Assembly (NCBI GenBank): GCA_023150455.1
Contig: JAKLKW010000026.1
Coordinates: 41,982 to 105,981 of the forward strand
Origin: Alphaproteobacteria bacterium
GTDB taxonomy: Bacteria; Pseudomonadota; Alphaproteobacteria; JAEULC01
Direction: 5' to 3'
Length of the DNA: 64,000 nt
Shown: positions 58,531 through 64,000 of the stretch, one piece after another
How positions within the stretch are numbered: position 1 is the first letter of the stretch
How the letters are laid out: each line of letters begins with the position of its first letter
Translations under genes and position numbers: made by a program
The notes under the pieces: generated by a model
The model's input: only the letters and a program-made list of their open reading frames with translations
What the model was told of the DNA's origin: nothing
Databases searched by the model: none

Positions 58531-61171
58531 ACATCCGGATCACGAGCTTCTCCAGCTCGACCGCGGCCATCACCAGCAGACCGGCCGCCAGGATCGGGCC
58601 CCAGTCGGCAAGTCCGAGCGGGACCGTGCCGAATACCGCCTGCGCCGCCGGCAGGTAGGTGAATCCGAGCTGGCACAGCGCGGTCAGTCCCATGGCCGCA
58701 AGCGCGCGCCAAATGCCCGGCAGCGCGGCCATCGACAGGCCCGGGGCCAGCAGGAACCGCGCCGAGAGCAAATAGAACACCTCGCACGCGACGACCGCGT
58801 TGACCGCCACGGTGCGCGCATGGGCGAGATCATGGCCCGCCGCAAGATGCCAGTGGAACAGCGCGAAGACGGCGCCGAGCGTCAACAGGCCGACGAACAG
58901 GATGCGCCAGCCGAGAAACGCCGTGAGCAACCCCTCCGTCGGCGGACGCGGCGGGCGCCGCATGGCGTCGGGCTCCGCCGGCTCGAACACGAGCGGCAGG
59001 CTCAAGGTCGTGCTGGTGACGAGGTTGACCCACAGAATCTGCACGGGCGTCACCGGCAGCGTGCCGCCCGCGATCACCGCCAGCGCCACCAGCAGCGCTT
59101 CGCTGAGATCGGTCGGCAGCATGAAGGCGAGGCTCTTGCGGATATTGTCGTAGACGGCGCGGCCCTCGCGCACGGCATGAGCGATCGTGGCGAAGTTGTC
59201 GTCGGCCAGCACCATCTGCGCCGCCTCGCGCGCCGCCTCGGTGCCTCTTTGGCCCATGGCGACGCCGACATCGGCGCGCTTGAGCGCGGGCGCATCGTTG
59301 ACACCGTCGCCGGTCATGGCCACGACCTGGCCGTCGGCCTGTAGCGCCTGGACCAGCCGCAGCTTGTGCGCCGGGTCGGCGCGGGCGAACACGGACGTGT
59401 CGCTCAGCGCGCCGTTCAGCGACACACCGTCGAGGGCGTCGATGCCGCTGCCGGTTAGCGCGCGCCCCGAATCGATGCCCAATTCGCGCGCAATCGCCAA
59501 GGCCGTGACATCGTGGTCGCCGGTGATCATGGCCACGCGGATGCCGGCGTCGCGGCACGCCGCGACGGCGGCGACGGCTTCCTCGCGCGGCGGATCGATC
59601 ATGGCTACCAGGCCCAGCAGCGTGAACCCGTCGCGCGTGTCGGCCATCGACAGGCTGCGCTTGCCCGGCGCCACGTTCTTGCTCGCCAGGGCGAGAACCC
59701 GTCGGCCGTCGGAGGCCGCCTGCTCGATCGTCCGGCGCCAAGTCGGCCGATGGATCGGATGCGGACCGGAGGATGCGTTCTCGTTTGCGCAGATTTCCAG
59801 CACGGCCTCGGGCGCGCCCTTCAGGTAGACGACCGCTCCGCCCGCCGTTTGGTGCAGCGTCGCCATGAAGCGGTAGGCCGCGTCGAACGGGATCTCGTCG
59901 AGCCGCGGCGCCGCCCGGCCCTCTGCCGCCGGATCGATGCCCACCTTCATCCCGGCCGAGAGCAGGGCGCCTTCGGTCGGATCGCCGGCGAGTTGCCACG
60001 AACCGGCGGCCTGGCGAAGGGACGCGTCATTGCACAGGACGGCGGCCTTGAGCAGCGCGCGCAGCCCGGGGTCATGGGCACCAGGCGCCTCGGTGCCGTG
60101 GCGTTTGATCTCGCCGCGCGGATCGTAGCCCACGCCGGTCGTCTCGTACCGGGCGTCCGGTGTCACGATGCTGCGCACCGTCAGTTCGTTGCGCGTCAGC
60201 GTGCCGGTCTTGTCGGTGCAGATGACCGTCACCGAGCCCAGCGTCTCCACCGCGGGAAGACGGCGGATGATCGCGTTGCGCCGCGCCATGCGCTGCACGC
60301 CGACCGCCAGCGCGATGGTAATCACGGCGGGAAGTCCCTCGGGAATGGCGGCGACGGTGAGGCCGACCGCCGCCAGGAACATCTCGGCCGCCGGGAATCC
60401 CTGCAGCAGCGCGCCGATCGCGAAGGTCAGCGCCGCGAGCAGCAGCACGGCCGCGGTCAGCCATCGTCCCATCACGGCCAGGCGCGCGAGCAACGGCGTC
60501 TCGAGCGCGCTCGTCTCGGCCAGAAGGCGGCTGACTTTCCCGATCTCGCTGGCGAGGCCGGTCGCCACGACGACGCCGGCGCCCTGGCCGGCGCCGATCA
60601 GCGTGCCGGCATAGGCCATCGAGCGCCGATCGCCGAGCGCAGCGGACTCCCGCGCCGGCTCCACCGTCTTGTCGACCGGCACCGATTCGCCGGTCAGCGC
60701 CGCCTCGACCGCGGTCATGCTCTTGGCACGGAGCAGCCGCACGTCGGCCGGCACCTTGTCGCCGGATTGCAGGAACACGATGTCGCCCGGCACGAGTTCC
60801 GCCGCGTCCACCTCGCGCCGCGTGCCGTCGCGCAGCACGACCGCGTGCAGCGACAGCATGTCGCGCACGGCGTCGATGGCGTGCTGCGCCTTGCCTTCCT
60901 GCACGAAGCCGATCAACGCGTTGATCAGCACGACGGCCAGGATCACGCCGGTGTCGATCCAGTCATCAAGCGCGATCGTGATTACCGCCGCGCCGAGGAG
61001 AACGTAGATAAGGACGTTGTTGAACTGCAGGATGAAGCGCCGCAACGCGCTCGGCGGCCGCGGCGCCGGCAGGCGGTTGGGTCCGTAGCGGTCGAGGCGG
61101 TGGCGCGCCTCGGTAGCGCTCAGCCCCTCCGGGGTCGCCCGGAGAATCGACAACACCGCCTCGCACGGCAT
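58505..61171 (-). CDS. P-type ATPase, type IIA cation-transporting (Ca2+/Mg2+ ATPase-like)
   Basis: DKTGTLT phosphorylation motif, TGDHDVTA and GDGVNDAPAL. Confidence 0.85.
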   Translation of the reverse strand: MPCEAVLSILRATPEGLSATEARHRLDRYGPNRLPAPRPPSALRRFILQFNNVLIYVLLGAAVITIALDDWIDTGVILAVVLINALIGFVQEGKAQHAIDAVRDMLSLHAVVLRDGTRREVDAAELVPGDIVFLQSGDKVPADVRLLRAKSMTAVEAALTGESVPVDKTVEPARESAALGDRRSMAYAGTLIGAGQGAGVVVATGLASEIGKVSRLLAETSALETPLLARLAVMGRWLTAAVLLLAALTFAIGALLQGFPAAEMFLAAVGLTVAAIPEGLPAVITIALAVGVQRMARRNAIIRRLPAVETLGSVTVICTDKTGTLTRNELTVRSIVTPDARYETTGVGYDPRGEIKRHGTEAPGAHDPGLRALLKAAVLCNDASLRQAAGSWQLAGDPTEGALLSAGMKVGIDPAAEGRAAPRLDEIPFDAAYRFMATLHQTAGGAVVYLKGAPEAVLEICANENASSGPHPIHRPTWRRTIEQAASDGRRVLALASKNVAPGKRSLSMADTRDGFTLLGLVAMIDPPREEAVAAVAACRDAGIRVAMITGDHDVTALAIARELGIDSGRALTGSGIDALDGVSLNGALSDTSVFARADPAHKLRLVQALQADGQVVAMTGDGVNDAPALKRADVGVAMGQRGTEAAREAAQMVLADDNFATIAHAVREGRAVYDNIRKSLAFMLPTDLSEALLVALAVIAGGTLPVTPVQILWVNLVTSTTLSLPLVFEPAEPDAMRRPPRPPTEGLLTAFLGWRILFVGLLTLGAVFALFHWHLAAGHDLAHARTVAVNAVVACEVFYLLSARFLLAPGLSMAALPGIWRALAAMGLTALCQLGFTYLPAAQAVFGTVPLGLADWGPILAAGLLVMAAVELEKLVIRMFKERSRQT

Positions 61172-61657
61172 TGCGTGCCATGGAGGCGGCTTGTCGCCGT
61201 CGCGACCGACGGAGGAAGCTGTGGGCTGCGCGCGTGTCAACGTGGAGGAAATATCACGCGTGCAATTCCCACGCCAAGCCTCGGCCGCGGCTAAGCAAAG
61301 AGGCGCGCTATGGCAGCACGCGCGCCGGCGGCGGTTGCGACACGATGACGAAATCGGGGAGCCGGTCGGCGCCAGCCGTCTGGAACCCGGGCGGGTCGTT
61401 CCGGCCGTGCAGAACATCGGGTCGCGTCAGCGATGTCAGCCATACCTGCTTCAGCGAGTCGAAGAGTGGCGCGCCGGGGGCGGCGGCGCCGTGCGAACCG
61501 GAAGTTTCATGATCGAGCTTGCCCATCATCGCAAGGTCTCCGTCCAGGAGGGATGGTCGTTGAGGCGATGGGTCGGGCGGGCGCACCGGTCATGGCCGCT
61601 GCGCCCGTCCGCTCAGGTCATGCGATCAGACCTTGTCGTTGCGCGTTGCTTCGCCCG

Positions 61658-62125
61658 TCAGGCGGCCTTGGCGTCGATGGTCTGCACCTTTGCCGCGGCC
61701 GGCTGGCTTGCGCCGATCTGGATCGTGCGCGGCTTCATCGCCTCGGGCACTTCGCGCACCAGATCGATGGTGAGCAGGCCGTTGGCCAGGCTGGCGCCCG
61801 TGACCTTCACGAAATCGGCCAGGCTGAAGCGGCGCTCGAACGCGCGGCCGGCGATGCCGCGATGCAGGAACTGCGCGCCTTCCGGCGCCGGGCGCGCCTT
61901 GCCGCCGACGATCAGCGTGTTCTCATGCTGCACCACGTTGAGGTCGCTTTCGGTCATGCCGGCGACCGCCATGGTGATGCGGTACGCGTTGTCGCCCGCA
62001 AGCTCGATGTTGTAGGGCGGATACCCGTCCGTCTCGGACGCGCGCAACGCGTCATCGAGCAGATCGGCGATCCGGTCGAAGCCGACGGTGGAACGGAAGA
62101 AGGGGGAGAAGTCGAAATGGGCCAT
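61658..62125 (-). CDS. Hsp20/alpha-crystallin family small heat-shock protein (IbpA-like)
   Basis: Alpha-crystallin domain. The start is chosen by GGAGGA SD spacing. The enclosing 732-aa ORF is an artefact. Confidence 0.85.
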   Translation of the reverse strand: MAHFDFSPFFRSTVGFDRIADLLDDALRASETDGYPPYNIELAGDNAYRITMAVAGMTESDLNVVQHENTLIVGGKARPAPEGAQFLHRGIAGRAFERRFSLADFVKVTGASLANGLLTIDLVREVPEAMKPRTIQIGASQPAAAKVQTIDAKAA

Positions 62126-62230
62126 TGCCATATCCTCCGGTTGAGCAACATGGTTGATCGGGCCCACCGCCGAGACGGCTGGGCCCAGCGTCCTGGCCGC
62201 GGCCCCGATCGGGCATCCGCAGCCGAGATC

Positions 62231-62260
62231 GAGGTAGGTAGCGCCGATCGGGCGTTCAAG
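62231..62260 (-). promoter_or_regulatory. Candidate RpoH-type promoter for hsp20 (CTTGAA, 15 nt spacer, ACCTACCT, on the minus strand)
   Basis: Read from the reverse complement of the hsp20/polA divergent region. The match to consensus is weaker than for htpG. Confidence 0.3.
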
Positions 62261-62290
62261 AGGGGCGGACGAATCGGTTAATATCGGCGC

Positions 62291-64000
62291 ATGAGCAAGA
62301 AGCCCGCCTTCCGCCACCTGTACCTGATCGACGGGTCCGGGTTCATCTTTCGTGCCTTCCATGCGCTGCCGCCCCTGACCCGGTCCGACGGCACGCCGAC
62401 CGGGGCCGTGCTCGGCTTCTGCAACATGCTGATGAAGCTCCTGGACGGCACGGACTGCGACGGCATCGCGGTGATCTTCGACGCGGCGCGCAAGACGTTC
62501 CGCAACGAGATCTACGCCGAATACAAGGCGAACCGCGAGGCGCCGCCGCCCGAGCTGGTGCCGCAGTTCGCCCTGGTGCGCCAGGCGACCCAGGCCTTCA
62601 ACGTGCCCGCGATCGAGATGGAGCGCTACGAGGCCGACGACCTGATCGCCACCTATGCACGGCTGGGAAAGGAGAACGGCGTCAAGGTCACGATCGTGTC
62701 CTCGGACAAGGACCTGATGCAGCTGGTCTGCGACGGGGTCGAGATGCTCGACCCCATCAAGAACAAGCCGATCGGCGAGGCCGAGGTACGCGAGAAGTTC
62801 GGCGTCGATCCCTGCAACGTCATCGACGTGCAGGCACTGGCGGGGGATTCGACCGACAACGTGCCCGGCGTGCCGGGCATCGGCGTCAAGACGGCCGCGC
62901 AGCTGATCACCGAGTACGGCGACCTCGAGACCCTGCTGAGGCGCGCCGGCGAGATCAAGCAGCCGAAGCGGCGCGAGACGCTGCTGGCCAATGCCGAAAA
63001 GGCGCGCATCAGCCGGCGGCTCGTGAAGCTGGACGACCATGTCCCCGACGCGCCCGACCTGTCCGAGCTCGAGCGCCGGCCGATCGACCGCGACCGGTTG
63101 CTGGCCTTCCTGTCCGAGAACCAGTTCCGCTCGCTGATCCAGCGGCTGCAGAACGGCCAGGGCAAGCCGACCCCGGCGGCCAAGCCGGAGCCGGCGGCGG
63201 GCGCCGACGGCGGGCGGCCCGAGGTGCCGTTGGCGGCAGCCCGGCCGCCGCAGGCAGTCATGGTGCCGGTGGACCGCTCGGCCTACGTGCTGGTGCAGGA
63301 CATCGGACAGCTGAACCGCTTCGTCGAGCGCGCGCGCGAGGAAGGCGTCGTGGCGGTGGACACCGAGACCACGTCGCTCGATCCGTTCCGGGCCGAGCTC
63401 GTGGGCATCTCGCTGGCGGTGGCGCCGAACGAGGCGTGCTACGTGCCGCTCGGCCATGTCGGCGCGGTCCGCCCGGGCGAGATGGACCTGGCCGCCGCCG
63501 GCGACAGGCCGAAGCAGCTGCCGATGCGCGACGCGCTGGCGGCGCTCAGACCGCTGCTCCTCGACCCGGGCGTGCTCAAGGTCGGGCACAACCTCAAATA
63601 CGACATCGAGGTGCTGGGCCGCCATGACGTGGCGTTGAGCCCGATCGACGACACGATGCTCGTGTCCTACGTGCTCGACGGCAGCCTGCACGGCCACGGC
63701 ATGGACGAGCTCTCCTCGCTGCATCTCGGCCATCAGACCATCAAGTTCACGGATGTCGCCGGCAGCGGGCGCGACCAGGTGACCTTCGACCGGGTGCCGC
63801 TCGACCGCGCGCGCGACTACGCCGCCGAGGACGCCGACGTCACCCTGCGCCTGCACCAGATCCTGAAGCCGCGGCTGGTAAGCGAACGGCTGGTGTCGGT
63901 CTACGAGACGATCGAGCGGCCGCTCGCCGCCGTCGTCGCCGAGATGGAGCGCGCCGGCGTGCTGGTCGATCGCACGGAGCTGGCACGGCTCAGCCGCGAC
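62291..64000 (+). CDS. polA: DNA polymerase I, N-terminal 5'-3' exonuclease and 3'-5' exonuclease domains; it continues past the window end
   Basis: The N-terminus MSKKPAFRHLYLIDGSGFIFRAFHALPPLTRSDGTPTGAV is the canonical 5' nuclease. The ORF track does not list it because it has no stop in the window. Confidence 0.9.
   Translation, partial: MSKKPAFRHLYLIDGSGFIFRAFHALPPLTRSDGTPTGAVLGFCNMLMKLLDGTDCDGIAVIFDAARKTFRNEIYAEYKANREAPPPELVPQFALVRQATQAFNVPAIEMERYEADDLIATYARLGKENGVKVTIVSSDKDLMQLVCDGVEMLDPIKNKPIGEAEVREKFGVDPCNVIDVQALAGDSTDNVPGVPGIGVKTAAQLITEYGDLETLLRRAGEIKQPKRRETLLANAEKARISRRLVKLDDHVPDAPDLSELERRPIDRDRLLAFLSENQFRSLIQRLQNGQGKPTPAAKPEPAAGADGGRPEVPLAAARPPQAVMVPVDRSAYVLVQDIGQLNRFVERAREEGVVAVDTETTSLDPFRAELVGISLAVAPNEACYVPLGHVGAVRPGEMDLAAAGDRPKQLPMRDALAALRPLLLDPGVLKVGHNLKYDIEVLGRHDVALSPIDDTMLVSYVLDGSLHGHGMDELSSLHLGHQTIKFTDVAGSGRDQVTFDRVPLDRARDYAAEDADVTLRLHQILKPRLVSERLVSVYETIERPLAAVVAEMERAGVLVDRTELARLSRD

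Noticed and set aside
61658-63856. 732-aa minus-strand ORF and the 274/282-aa + strand ORFs around 61.2-62.3 kb
   Set aside because: They lie antisense to polA and the P-type ATPase and have extreme Arg/Ala/Gly composition. Only the hsp20 portion (61658-62125) is a real gene.

Overview
High-GC (about 68-70%) alphaproteobacterial chromosome segment, Rhodospirillales-like. The gene order pepN'-...-rplU-rpmA-obg-proB-proA is typical of the backbone. I call about 55 protein genes, two tRNAs and one IS element. Most of the window is housekeeping: ribosomal proteins L21/L27, Obg, proline biosynthesis, PepF, FadD-like ligase, ABC1 kinase, HtpG, Hsp20, Pcm, FdxA, a Suv3-like helicase, a P-type ATPase and the polA 5' end. 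An accessory stretch at about 20-41 kb stands out. It holds a candidate sRNA with its own promoter and intrinsic terminator. A tRNA-Val/tRNA-Gly pair flanks a lower-GC islet encoding a methyltransferase and a Cys-rich secreted protein. A degenerate direct repeat of the tRNA-Gly 3' half (an att-site-like scar) brackets a frameshifted secreted-protein gene. An MFS transporter is co-operonic with a DUF62 SAM hydroxide adenosyltransferase-like enzyme. A choline-kinase-like phosphotransferase is translationally coupled to a DMGDH-family flavoenzyme. An IS1595-family element with 9-bp terminal IRs and a 16-bp flanking direct repeat carries a lower-GC passenger gene of unknown function. My strongest candidate for the 'system' is a RiPP-like HvfABC-type cluster: a DUF2282 Cys-rich precursor with four ACKG-type repeats, a DUF692 MbnB-like enzyme and a DUF2063 partner. 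Here it is extended by a co-directional secreted thioredoxin-fold DUF255 gene, and a GT87-like membrane protein plus Gdx/SugE are transcribed divergently. proA carries two lesions (a homopolymer frameshift and an in-frame TAG) beside intact proB. All coordinates are approximate to a few nt where I read them from the raw sequence rather than the ORF track.
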